Shown one piece after another: positions 40,101 through 51,983 of a DNA stretch of 64,000 bases. Made by a program: the position numbers and the translations under genes. Within the stretch, counting starts at the first letter, position 1; each line of letters begins with the position of its first letter. This DNA comes from Strigamia acuminata (lineage: Eukaryota), in NCBI GenBank assembly GCA_949358305.1, contig OX442314.1:11656001-11720000 (forward strand). The letters are read 5' to 3'. Below the pieces are notes generated by a model. That model was not told where the DNA came from. It saw only the letters and a list, made by a program, of their open reading frames with translations, and did no database searches.

Positions 40101-41472
40101 GTGATTGTACTTTGTTGGCTTCGAATTTATTTTGTGTTTCGCGTATTTCAAGCTCCATTCTTATTTGCGCGAGTTTATTGTCCAATTTGGTTTCACGTTC
40201 CTTGCGCTCTTCCACAAGTAATTGTTCCTGTAGTTTTTGCTCTTCTAATCTGTAACATTCCCTCCGCTGATCTCGATCATTCGCCGCAGCTATCCATGCA
40301 GCATATTCCTCGTGGGACATTGGTTCATTTATGTGGCAATAACATGCTTCATGCGTAATGTCTAGCATCCGGTCTTGTACTTCTCGCAGCTTGAGACGTG
40401 TTGGCGAAATTATTCTTTTCAACTGTGTCAAGTCGGTCCTGCAACTGGGTGAGAATCTTGCGCGATTTAGCAATAAACACTTTTGACATGTGGCACGTGG
40501 TACGCATTGTTTTGGTGATTGCACTGTTTGCATTGTTAAATCCACTGATTCCTGGGAACTCGAGGGAGATTTTGCTAGACTTTCATCCGTTTGTTTCAAG
40601 ACGAATTCTTGTTCTTTTATTGCGTTTGCTGGTGAACCAAAGTTATACGACTCATTTCGATAAGAGTAACCATACTCGTTTTGCTGACACGCTTTGTCTT
40701 TGAAATGTGATTCACTTTTCTGGCGGGCTTCGTCCTGATAACGCGACTCATTTCGCTGATTTGAGTCCTCGTTTGGACGTGAGTTGTTCTTAAAACGTGA
40801 TTCACTTCTGTGGCAAATTTCGTCATGATAATGCGACTCATTTCGCGGATCTGAATTTTCGCGTTGACGTGATTCGCAACAATAACGCGACTCGTTTCGC
40901 GAATGTGAGTCCTCTTGTTGACACTCTTTGTCACGGTAGTGCGACTCATTTCGCGACTGGAAGTCCTCGTATTGGCGGAAATCGTCTTTGAGCGAACGTT
41001 CTCGTGACGTAGAAGGACCATGTTCTTCTTTTCTTTGATTAACTTCGCTTCGACTATCAAGTCCCGAATCATTTCGGTTATCATATCGAATGTCGTATTT
41101 TGGTATATCCTGATCTCGTTGATCGCATCTTCTTTGATAGTTCTGTGGTGAAGAAGAATGACGCATTTCATTTTTATCTCTTGATTGCCGTGTCTTATGG
41201 ATTGTTAATGTACCACTTCTACTCTGGCTGGCTTGTAGTTGGTGGTCAGCCATCTTGATTGTAAAATCTTGGAAAAAATTTTCTTGATCCCGTTGAACAA
41301 TCTTGGAATGTTTTCTGTCATCTGTGTTCTTAATGGCAATCGGAGACGACATATCTTCTGTGTGGTGTAACAATCCCAAATGTGGTGGCAAACTATATCT
41401 TTTCAATCGCAATGATGATTGTTGAACTTCCATGGTTGGTCTTTGTACTTGTTTCTTATGATGATCAGACAT
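37180..41472 (-). CDS. Uncharacterised 1430-aa protein encoded by the LTR element (hydrophilic, repeat-containing, no recognisable gag/pol/env motif)
   Basis: Uninterrupted ATG-to-TAG ORF of 4293 nt, sense to the element, filling 4293 of 4593 internal bp. Confidence 0.85.
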   Translation of the reverse strand: MSDHHKKQVQRPTMEVQQSSLRLKRYSLPPHLGLLHHTEDMSSPIAIKNTDDRKHSKIVQRDQENFFQDFTIKMADHQLQASQSRSGTLTIHKTRQSRDKNEMRHSSSPQNYQRRCDQRDQDIPKYDIRYDNRNDSGLDSRSEVNQRKEEHGPSTSRERSLKDDFRQYEDFQSRNESHYRDKECQQEDSHSRNESRYCCESRQRENSDPRNESHYHDEICHRSESRFKNNSRPNEDSNQRNESRYQDEARQKSESHFKDKACQQNEYGYSYRNESYNFGSPANAIKEQEFVLKQTDESLAKSPSSSQESVDLTMQTVQSPKQCVPRATCQKCLLLNRARFSPSCRTDLTQLKRIISPTRLKLREVQDRMLDITHEACYCHINEPMSHEEYAAWIAAANDRDQRRECYRLEEQKLQEQLLVEERKERETKLDNKLAQIRMELEIRETQNKFEANKVQSRRHYVSRTTSPVRSLSENVKSIPRSKSDLTKLLFEEPIEITEERGCLIKADKKTSTRKSVDSTALSAVRSPTRLKLQEVRRRLQTETRDSPAETKRQSRDDQKILRYGTSAEVTTRKRHNSPVDLRFSEVARKLSLPVAMDAVKKALKRLSTSGEETETMSESRKSLILEMKTFSINFAKKTPSEKMEKIDSFNQALVVEGKTMESSLHVENENFPKASPPAQEDAKKSKPDPQELRYMAHSRCPPVRNTASVMHQSKVEQSITDSTGNAVKRGNDDTKYRRDNNQTSTPAQKKMLFDVMDKQNLQQPDDIRMSTANRELGQTQVDTCMAGWPNENDRHHQRSINFENFNDQKTAIDGRQQEEKSVQSAEDTRHAEGTQGVESDKITQSASKSDKMQAHKNAQPLQDTQNSDDKKNQDDAQIAEKIIESDTENLIFENLEENPLLFPKSVDFETDEQVQPFPKKGGRVMEKEKKNQNSSRNPRKSENKCLVRETKIVRKQLRKVIKRLTDNVMLQDSTFSPKLCRQNSEWPSKYFIVALKNILENITSEDLQEVKILIKNCYQRLDLANETQDTKEKVEKLPKKRIQAKQQLIQLEERSEVKLVETIQTSGDTRSEHENEKPLQTDDYKMLCSKQHTNTGLKGRPENQDCQVLTSIGQIEKQGPRPTEKENRILEKTLQRIDLKQHNTQSIELPKFAASSITTENISKINLLEKQPNQIIQVDQHFMESSEVKTAMKLSYASYTESTDLQKHIVSAVAIGNKSKINFSDTVKKSDCSNSDSRATVPTTVTIKSTSEGKQPVASFLLEEFRIQHVDLPNTQPEIQKQWLEIEKIAGNKITLMESKKPLNFEATNASAVQQQLVATTPEMNVKTQNDRADSGKVLQDACFRSFEHTTENQLPVRANWTGHLKEAAGRSGWQDFSPGSGTPSAIAGQNQSVTTRNDSTKSQDKLKFSVSESEIPIKDFASRIDDEI

Positions 41473-41720
41473 GATGTTAATTTTTAGTAGATAGGATAAT
41501 GAAGAAAGAAATAGTTTAACTTAGAAAAATATCTTCTAAACTCTGTTAACCATTTTCCCCCTTTTTTGTTTGAGAACCAAAAAAAAAAAAAATTCACACC
41601 TATTCTTACTACAAATCAAAAAATAGAAGTTCCTCAATCTAATTAACCTATCACAAAACAATTTTCCAAACAAATTAGGTCCTTCAACTAAATAAAAGTT
41701 GTTAAGGTTCAAATCTTTCA

Positions 41721-41734
41721 GGCCCAGGCCCCCA
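41721..41734 (-). other. Primer binding site, tRNA-Pro-like (imperfect)
   Basis: Minus strand: LTR end ...TTACA + CT + TGGGGGCCTGGGCC; the first 7 nt match the canonical tRNA-Pro PBS TGGGGGCTCG. Confidence 0.6.
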
Positions 41735-41736
41735 AG

Positions 41737-42896
41737 TGTAATGAGCTCAAATTTCACTATAAAATAATAGTGAAATTTCTTTCTCATTGGTGCCGCATCG
41801 GGACTTATCAAAATTCTACTAAAACTCAACTCTAAAATCTTAACTGACTAATCAAAGAAGAAATAATCACTAATTAGTTCTTAAATAAAGGAAAAAGATT
41901 TATTCTTGGCTTGAATAAACTAATAGTAAAATACAATTAAATAATAGGAATTAAAGGTAAAAGTAATAATAATTGAAGGTGAAATGGCGAAAATAATACA
42001 AAATAGCGGCGATGGCTTGTCGCTCGCTCTCGAATTTCGTTCTTCACTCGACGCTCGCTCTCGAACCTCGTTCTTCACTCGACGCTCGCTCTCGGACCTC
42101 GATACTCGCTCTCGGACCTCAATGCCCGCTCCAAACCTCAAAACGGCGTCCAAACTTCACTCTTTACTCACGATGTTCATTCCTGGTTAAACCGGACAAA
42201 TTTCCGAATTCTTGGTGACTTGAACTCGGACACAATTCCGTTTCTTCTCTCTCAAAACTCGCAACAGATTCGGACACAATTCCGACTCTTCTTCCTTGAT
42301 GACTCCGTGGTTGCGGCAAATTCCGCTTTATGTTGACTGGGACAAATTTCCCAATGAGGATTTCTCATCCAAACAATGGCTGCTTGGCAAGAATGATGAT
42401 CTCTCCAAACAATGGCTGCTTGGCAAGATGAAAATCCCACTGATGAATATGCTCAATCAGCAAGATAAATTTCCCACTACTGGATGTACACAGTAGCAAG
42501 AACTCCCACAATAACTTTATGTTATTGTAAGAAATGAGTCTCAATACTCAAGAACATCTCAAAACTGCTTTAGCAATTTGCAAGAAGGAGTCTAAATACT
42601 CAGGCAATCTTTCACCAAATCCACTTGAAGAATTGTATTTTCCCAGGGTAGATTTTGTGACTTGTTGCTCTCAAAGTTGATTTCAGACTGAAGATTTTTC
42701 CTCATTCTCTGCAGGAAGCATTTCCTGTTACAGGAAGCTTATGGGCTGGTTGCCCTGGCAACCACCCTCATGTCTTCAAGTTATGCCAGACTTCCTGTTC
42801 AGGCATAAAAAATAAACTCAAATAAAAATATGAAATATATAAAATATTTCCAGACACATTTCTGTTCTTCATCTAGTGACCACTAGGGTCACTACA
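41737..42896 (-). repeat. 5' LTR
   Basis: 1160 bp; I found 8 substitutions and no indels against the 3' LTR by eye. Confidence 0.96.
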
Positions 42897-44559
42897 AGCT
42901 TTACACCTGCCCTCTAGTGTTGGGGGGATTTGCCGGGGTTCAGGAAGACCACCAGCACCTCAAACTACAAATCGCTGCTTCATATATAATGCACATTTCC
43001 GACTTCAACGCTAGAGATCGCCACCCAAATGTCAACAAAATCAGATAATTGTTTCAAAGCTCAAATCGATTATTAAAACTGATTGCATTGTATTAAACCA
43101 CTTTTTTATTTCTACTTGTAATTGGCGCTGCACAATCAATTTATTTGACGAAAATTACGTCACTTCCCGTTGCAAGAACTGACAAAAAACAAACAAACAT
43201 GGCGCCAAAACGTCTTACCGGTAACTTATTTTCAATGCATTTCTATGCGCAAGAGGCCAAGATGGTCAATTTTTTCCCGCCTGATGCCTGATTAAGACCC
43301 TCTACTTCTCACTTTATCTTTATTATATTTTTTAAAAAATAACCCGGCAAAGAATGAATCGAAGTGACGTCACCCCGACTCATCATCAATCAGGTTGTCG
43401 TGCAAGTTTCTTTGCTCCTTGTAATTAAGAGCCACCGTTCCCTACACAGATACGTGCAGTACAAAGCGACACACCTCAAAGGCAAATTGCATTGCATCTG
43501 TCTTCATTTTCGGCCACTGATGCGCTTTAACAACACACAAAGATCATCGTTGGCTATTATTTATTATTATCATCCCGTATTAGGGGGATTCACGCAACAC
43601 ATTATAATCCAAATAATTACTCGTCCAAACTGCACAAAAATAAAAACTTAATTTCATCTCGAATTGCAAAAATTAATTATGCTGCCACCATTTTTCTATT
43701 GCGCCGCCCTGGTGTTGATTTGGAGCATCGAGTTAATTCCGCTTTGATTAAATGTAAAAAATAATCTAAGATCTCACGTCTCGTGTTATAATCTTAAGTT
43801 TTTTGCTTGGATTATTATAATAGGAATAAAATTATAATCTGTTGCGTAAAATCCCTTATTATAACTCTCTTTATTTGCTTTTTTTGTTTCCAAATAGGTG
43901 AATCTCTACCGGAAATGCATGATTGCTGGCGTTATTTGTGTAAGTGTAGAGCTGAGACGTGAGATTGCTTGTACATTTACTCATTGATTGGCCGTCGGTG
44001 TGTTGGTCGCGTGACCGATTCGCGGCTCATCTCAGCGCGTCGAAACGACACGAGAGAGAAAAGGTGCATTCAATCGCTTTGTAAAAACTCGCCACTCGGT
44101 CCACCTACAATTCAATTTTCCACCTTCGCCCTCGAAGGACCGTGACGGATAGACGCACGCGTCCGATTCGATCCGCAACGTCAAAGCCGAGCTAAAAATA
44201 TTGTAATGTGTTGAAAGACACACGATAGCGGAAATGGGCTGGAAGGACAGCATAAAGAGACACAATTATTGTTATTATAAGTGTATTATTTAGTGTACAA
44301 AACATGGGAATAAAAGACTGACATCAACAAATTAGTCGAATCAAGGTCGTTTGTGAATCTGTGACAAATGACAAATGACTAAATAGAATAAAGTCACTAA
44401 CTAGAACTAATTTTTTTTTTCAACTTTTAGGAAAAGTTAAAAGTTTGTTGCAATCATCATCCGCTCCAAAACATTGAATATCAGGCACCAATTAATTGCT
44501 TAGTGCAAAATTAAAAGACTAGAAATCCCCCCCCCCCACCTAGCAAAAATTAGTTATTA

Positions 44560-44800
44560 TAAAATTCCAAAAAATTAATAAAATTGATGAAATTCTAAAA
44601 AATTATGTGTAAAATTGATGAAATTCCAAAAGTTTATGTGTAAAATTGATGAAATTCCAAAAAATTATGTGTAAAATTGACGAAATTCTACAAAATTATG
44701 CGTAAAATTAAAGAAATTCTTCAAAATTATGCGTAAAATTAAAAAAATTCGTCAAAACAATACATAAAATTAATAAAATGCTACAAAATTGAGTATAAAA
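44560..44800. repeat. Minisatellite, 31-bp unit
   Basis: TTGA(T/C)GAAATT at 44584, 44615, 44646 and 44677. Confidence 0.85.
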
Positions 44801-47221
44801 TTAAACTTTCCAAAACCCACGCGCAAATAAATCAAATTCCAAAAATCCCAAACGATCAAAACACATTCAAAATCAAACCCCAATCAATCCCCATTGATCA
44901 ACACTCCAAACCTCCCCACATTAAAAACCCGCAAAATCCCCAATCAAGCCCTTCAATATCTCCCTCCACATTTCAATCCAACAAAACTTTTCCCAACTCG
45001 AATAAACAACCCATCTCGAGACAAATGCTCCTAGATTCCAATTACCCAAGGTGAAAATATTGCTTCCCAACCCCTCCTACGATGATCGAGTTTGTGCAAT
45101 TTTTTCCCCTTCCTTCCTTCCTTCCTTCTATTCTCTCCATTCCTTCAACGCACTCATTTCTCTTGGCACCATTCATTGATTGCCACTGGCAACTCATATG
45201 GTCTCATTCGCATGTCTTTCGCTCGCACTCCCCCCTGCCCCAGCATCGTTCACCTGACTCGCATCTTGCGAGCACGCACATGTGCATCAACTGCCCCCTA
45301 CCCCTTCCAACTCTGTCATTACGCCCCTCGGCTACTGGGCGTCGCGACCTCGGGATCACGGACAGATCGCGCACCCACCATCAACCGAGATCGACGTTGA
45401 TCTGGCACCGCCTACGCCACCCTCACCTGCACTCACCTGGGATTTAATCAAGTAGTGTTCCCTTGATTTTTTTGAAGGGGGGGAAAGGGGGGGCGGTTTT
45501 TTCTTTTCTTCTTATATGCTTTCATTTTTTTTTCTATCCATCAACTCACTCTGCGCACCCTATCATTTGGGGAAAATCCACCCACAGCAATTTCTGCTTC
45601 TTAATCCTTTATGCACTGTTTATGTAAGCAACATAAGTCACCCGAGGATGCTTAAATTACGTGTTTTTGGGGATGAATTCAATCACGTAACTTTTGTCTT
45701 TATAGTTAGAATGACTCAGTCTTATTTTATATGAAAATAGGCTTTATTAAAAGAGTTGGAAATTTAACCACTGTTAAATATCCGGTACGACTCTACCGCG
45801 TGACAGTATGTTTATTCATTTAAAATATCGTGATATATGAAAATATCAATTTTTGGTTAAGATTTTTAGTAAATAGAGCGAGAATAAATGATATTTACGT
45901 AATAGAACTTACACTGCACAAAAAAAATGAGATTTCCGGTATGGGGAAAGTTATGGAAAGACCTACTTTCCGTGAGTGGAAAGGTTAAATTTCCATACTG
46001 TGTAAAGGTTATGTTTACACATCATATTTCCACATGGAAAGACATCTTTTCCACACCATCTTTCCATACGATTTCCATACTTCTTGATTTCATATTTCCA
46101 TTATATTTACGTACTGTTTGATTTCATTAAACGAAAAGTCTGAAAAATAGCAAAAAACATTTTGATTTTAATCCAAATCGATAAAATTTTGTGCTGACCA
46201 ACCCCGCATTCACATACGACCGCTCAAGCTGGACATTAGACATTCAAAACAGCGATTTTGAAGAAAGAAAGAAAACAAAGCGAGCAAAATATAATTGAAA
46301 ACGAATTCTAGCCTCGGTCTCACGACTCCAAACTGGCAAATATTAAGCCTAAAGCCGTGCTATCTCTATCTGGCGTAGTGACCTTCTTCCAACCTATACT
46401 ACTATCAATAATATAATGGCGGTTGTCACTTAAGACCACTAACAAGGCGGCTCCCGAGATAACAAACGCGTGCTGCTCTGTAATCCGATCAGCGATGTTG
46501 CTATAAAATCTGGGACCGATTGATCAGCTTTGATCAGGGACCACCGCCACCATTCGAGAGACGACCAGTATGTGTGTAGCAAGCAGCGCTTCTTTCTGTC
46601 TCGCAGCTCCCAATTAAGAGAGGAAAGGAAAACTCCAGAGCGAACTGAACCACACGGGATAATTGGCCACACGATTCCACGCTCGTGCTAACGGAGTGAC
46701 AAATGAACGAATTTTTACAAGGTCAACCTGAAATAATTTTGCACCAGGTAAACGGAGCTGAGCTTGAAACCGCTAATTATCCAATTAATTCTGCTCTTTG
46801 TTTATGGCGCAGGGATGTTCTATGCAGCCGAGCGCAAATTTTAACATGAAATATGGATCCGCTACTCATTTTACTTTCCGTTAATAAAAAAAATTTAATG
46901 GAAATATCTCAATTAACTCAAGAAAAAAAAATTATTTTTTTTAAATTTTAATAAAAGTTTTAATTGCTGCAAATCCTTTAATTGTGCACCCGCGCACTAT
47001 CGGCAGAATCAAGTTCCCCTCCGCGCTCTAATGGAGACCCGCACATGTACTATTAGATCCCCAAACGGGGAAACTGCATCAAAATGTTAAGCAAAAAACT
47101 CAATTTTTCGTTACAAATTCAAATTTCTCTCAAAGTTTCCCTTAAAAATTCAAATTTTACTAAATTTTCTTTTGAAAAAATTCGAATTCTACTAAATTTT
47201 CAATTAAAAATGGAAAATTTC

Positions 47222-47565
47222 AAATTTTCCATCAAAAATTACAAATTTCCCATCAAAAATTACAAATTTCCCATTAAAAAAACCAAATTTTCCATTAAAA
47301 AAACCAAATTTTCCATTAAAAAAACCAAATTTTCCATTAAAAAAACCAAATTTTCCATTAAAAAAACCAAATTTTCCATTAAAAAAACCAAATTTTCCAT
47401 TAAAAAAACCAAATTTTCCATTAAAAAAACCAAATTTTCCATTAAAAAAACCAAATTTTCCATTAAAAAAACCAAATTTTCCATTAAAAAAAACAAATTT
47501 TCCATTAAAAAAACCAAATTTTCCATTAAAAAAACCAAATTTTCCATTAAAAAAAAACAAATTTT
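47222..47565. repeat. Minisatellite, 21-bp unit (about 16 copies), inside a probable degenerate MITE (about 46970-47745)
   Basis: AAATTTTCCATTAAAAAAACC repeated almost perfectly. Confidence 0.92.
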
Positions 47566-49120
47566 ATTAAATTTTACCTTAGGTGATTAAAATTTTACTA
47601 AATTTTCCATTAAAAATTCAAATTTTAATAAATCTTCTATCAAAAAATCGTAAAATTTTATTCCATCCACAGAATCTCTAATATTATGATAGAGACCCGA
47701 GCACTAATTACAAATTCTCCCCGCGCACAATTTGAGAAAATAAGGTAGTTAAGCTTTTTTTCCTTCTCAAAATGCAACCATTTGAAGCCAACTTGAAAAA
47801 ATAAAAACAGAGAAAAGACGTTCACCCATCCGTTGGCTATCTAATTCTATCTGACCGCTGTCAAGTAGCCGTCATCGGTTCATCCGCTTCCCATGGACAG
47901 TGTTTTCCACTTTGTAACAAAAACACTACCTGCATGTGGACAGAGGAAGTGGACTCGGGAGGTGGGGGTACGAATTCCACTGTCACTCCACGGACAATAG
48001 GCCCCACTGGAGGGACAATAACGGTCCTCTGGCCGCAGATACGATCTCCAATTAGCCTTCTGGCATAGACAAGGCCAATTACATACTCCTGTGTTGTCAT
48101 TGTAGTTACATCAGATTGATATTATTGATAAAAACCAAAACAACGGCGCTCTATGTGCCAAAAACTCTCCTACTTTTAATTACCAACTTCCCCCAACATT
48201 AAAAAAATAAAAAATAAAAAATAAAAAATAAAAATAAAATAAACACAGCTTTTGTCTTATCAATTGAAATTTGCTGTAAACTAATCCCGTAAACTTGTCT
48301 TGTCGCGTGACAAGTGGCAGGTGCGTTGCTGACTCCCGTTCACATTGACATTTAAAAGAAAAAAAAAATTCGTCCGACGCACCTATTTCAATCTGTGGAA
48401 GGCACACGAATGACCCACAGAAAAGCACTACTTGGCAAATCGATGCTCGTGTATGGAAAAGTTGAAACAGGTGGACGTTGTCCCACCATCACAACAACAA
48501 CAAAACCCACACCTCCACACAGCCAAGAAAACCGCCACTCGAGTTTGTTTGCTTAATACACTTCGGACGGCGAGTACCCGTGGCGGCCATTGTGGTGTAG
48601 CCATCAAAACGGCGCGCACGAGACGCTTGTCTCGTCTCTTTTATCGACGCCTGGAAAGGCATGTCAAAACGCATTCAGCGCCGGATGCCATTCTCGAGAT
48701 TGACGCGACGCGCTGCGCTGCGCTGCAGTGACCCCAGGAATTTTTCGGATATTTTCCATTCAAATCGGGCGAAATAAAACTTGCTCGTGTTTTACTTAGA
48801 CAATTTTTTTGATTCTTCAACTTTGTGTGACCATTAAAGTGAATGCAATTTAAATTTCTCAAAGAGAAAGTGAAAATCGATGCAACTCGCGAGGAACAAC
48901 ACCATCAATTTTTTTTTCCACCAGGAAAGAGATTATTAGATAAATGCCCTTCGTGCGCATGTCCACTTTTATTCCAGGTGACATGAATCCGACCCCGTCA
49001 CGTGATTCTCATCGCCCATCTCTCAAGACGGCCGTCTGGTGAGAGAAAAAAATAAAAAACAAACAAAAACTCCTTTAAAAATTAGTCAAATACCGATACC
49101 ATATTTCTTGAGAGGATTCT

Positions 49121-49286
49121 CCGACCCTCGTTATAACGAATCACAAGAAACCCAAAAAATCGGCTCGTTTTAACGAATTTTTTTAACATGGTGTTCTAAG
49201 GCCAACCAACCAAACAAGCCATTTGTAAGTATTCGTTATAACAATAAATTCGTTATATCGTAATTCGTTATAAAGAGGTTCGACTG
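49121..49286. mobile_element. MITE family C, left-truncated, inverted relative to the 50618 copy
   Basis: Ends TTCGTTATAAAGAGGTTCGACTG-TA; internal AACATGGTGTTCTA(A/T)GGCCA is the reverse complement of the 50618 copy. Confidence 0.8.
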
Positions 49287-50617
49287 TATAGTGGTTTTTC
49301 AAGAGTGGATCTTAATCGGTAAAATACGATAATAAAAAAACCAAAATAAAAATATTGTATCATAAGACAATACTAGACACTAAAACAAAACGACAAAGGT
49401 AATAATGTAATAACAAAATCTTCCGAGTAAACAAAACCGCTCCCCACACAGTTCACTTATTTATTTCCCCCATTTCTAATCAACTTGCATAACTGACACG
49501 TCTCTTCTATTGACTCAATCCACCGCAAGGCGATCGCATCATCAATAACCAGACGGTAAACTATCCCCAAACAGAATACGAAGACAGACCTTTGTGGAAA
49601 CGAAACCGGAAACCGAAACCAGAGATTTATTTGAGGGTCCCATTCACAACAACCCCGGCTACAAGTTTGTGGGTTTTGAATTCTTTCCACAAATTTAATC
49701 CCAACCGGTTTGCCCACATCTGTTATTCACATCCCTTATCATCATCTTTAACAACAAGTCTGCTGATACTGTGTATCTTCTTTTAAACCACATACTTCCA
49801 GATCAAATTACACCTTCAAAACCAGCCCCCCCCCCCCACCACCCCCTTCACCCAAAAAAAATTTAAAACATAAATAAAACTGACCCAACCACAAAAAAAA
49901 AATTTTAAAAAATGGCGATTCAAAATGGAGGATGTATTGAATGGTATGTGTGTGTTTGTGCTTCGGCGTTTAGATGGCTGAGCCGTAAGTTTTAGCTGGG
50001 GATTTGGGCAAGAGGGCTTTGATGAGGTGAAGAAGGGGGAGGGGTTTGTGGACGAAAGACCCACATACAATGGTGGGCGCCTGCTGCCGGATCTGCTCGG
50101 CCTCTCGCCCGCCAACAAAAGTGTCCTTTGTGGCTGGCGTTGAAGCTCCGCTTCAGGAGCCCAACTAAACCCTTCGTGTTGTGTCCATGGCAAATTGAGC
50201 GTGGGAAGTCCCTCAATAGAAGGGGAGGAGGATCAAGCGTACACAAGAGGAGCAAGGAGGTGGTGAACGTCCATGTACCATCAAATACCTTTCCACGTGA
50301 GTGGTGAGCAAGCTCAAACTAACTCGAGTCTTTTACGCGTAGGTTTAATGTGGTTCTGTGCCTGATCCTGGGCTTAGTCTGCTTGCAATTGGATCACGGT
50401 GCTCACACCTGGTGGCAATTTTTTTATGTCGACAAATAAAATATTTTTTATTTTAGTTTAATTTTTAATTTTTTATATTTTATTTGCGTTTAGTGTTAAT
50501 TTATATCTTTAATTCAATTTTTTTTAAACATTACAATCTATCGCAACCCACTTCATCGTTGGTGCGTTAAATGTTTTTAGTGCGATCTTTAAAAATTACG
50601 TTAATATATTTTAAATA

Positions 50618-50801
50618 CAGTCGAAACTCTTTATAACGAATCGCGATATAACGAATTATCGATATAACGGATACCTAAAAATGACTGGTTTGTTTGCCTG
50701 GCCATAGAACACCATGTTAAAAAATTTCGATATGACGAATTCTCGTTATAACGAATCGATTTTTCGGGTCCCTTGCTATTCGTTGTAAAGAGCTTCAACT
50801 G
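50618..50801. mobile_element. MITE family C (Tigger/pogo-like), complete
   Basis: 24-bp TIRs CAGT(C/T)GAA(A/G)CTCTTTA(T/C)AACGAAT; TA on both sides. Confidence 0.88.
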
Positions 50802-51965
50802 TATATAAATTTTAGCCGAAAAAATCAAATCAAAACTGACTTTTTTTTCCCTTAGAATTTTTTTTTTTAAAAAAATGCTAATTTTTTTATTTATACAAAC
50901 AAGATTACGTAAAGTGTAATTTCACCTTTTACTAGGAAACATTTATTATTTTTTTACATAACAATCCCAATCTCGCAATTTCTCCTACTTTTTTTTAAAA
51001 AAAAAAACCGGTCACGATTTTCCTTATTGCAGCATGCAGCCTCGAAAAACTACGTTATCTCAGCGCAGCTCCAAACGCCATCTGCTGACAAATCCTGACA
51101 TGAATTTGGAGTAAGTTGCATTCTCATTGGCGTATTTGAAGCACGAGGGCGGGATCGTTGAGGATGGTACGACAGCGATGCGGGGCTCACGAGACTCCAC
51201 CCACGGAGACTGCGATCAATACGGAGGCGGGATCAACGACCATCAACGCAGCTCTACGCCCCACCCGTCCATGGCTGACGCCTGCCTGCCTGCTTGCTTA
51301 TACATCTTCTTTCAAAGAAAAACTCACAAATTTCTCCAAACCTAACCCGTTTTTATCACGTCAAATCACAGATGCCTTTCAAAACAATAAAAATTAAAGA
51401 TACCCTGAACTATTACGGATCTTGTGTAATTTAATTACTTTCGATAAGCCAGAAACAATTTCTTTCAGTTTTTCTAATAAAATTTCTTCGCTTATTTTAG
51501 TAAAGCGTCATGTCTACAATCATGTCTGCCTTTCAATCTTTCGAATATCGGCAGTGGTTTACCACTGACGTTGATTTTAATTCACGTTATAGAGATGTCA
51601 TTTAAACTTGTTTATATAAGTAAAATTCTACACGTTAAATTTTGAATTTAGACTGGTTTAAAAGGCGTGGCCTTTCACGTGCGTACTTAAATATATAAAA
51701 GGCTTAACTGATATGATACGTTTACAAAACGTATCACGGATAGACGATACGTATCATTTTCGTATCATAAAAACTGCAATTTATGCATTTATTTCCGATT
51801 TTCGGAAAATATGCATTAATAGCAGATTTTGGCTTTATATTGAATATAAATATATTCCATGCATTTATGCATTTATCCGGTCTCTACTAATTAGTGATTA
51901 TCCTTTTCCGATTAATGCTTAAATATTTTATATATTTAATACAAACACGCGCATTCCTCTACAAT

Positions 51966-51983
51966 TGGTAGCAGAGGATGGTT
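51966..51983 (+). other. Orphan tRNAi-Met primer-binding-site-like 18-mer
   Basis: TGGTAGCAGAGGATGGTT is complementary to the 3' 18 nt (including CCA) of the animal tRNAi-Met sequence I know; it is preceded by ...CTACA-AT, like an LTR end. Confidence 0.65.

Larger units (their letters stand above)
35984..42896 (-). mobile_element. Full-length LTR retroelement (6913 bp), apparently non-autonomous, with Ty3/Gypsy-like cis signals
   Basis: Two 1160-bp direct repeats with TGTA...TACA ends; AGCT duplicated at 35980-35983 and 42897-42900; PBS and PPT both indicate minus-strand orientation. Confidence 0.96.

Noticed and set aside
47084..47590. ORFs with KKTKFSI / FFNGKFG / MENLVFL repeats
   Set aside because: Translations of a 21-bp minisatellite.
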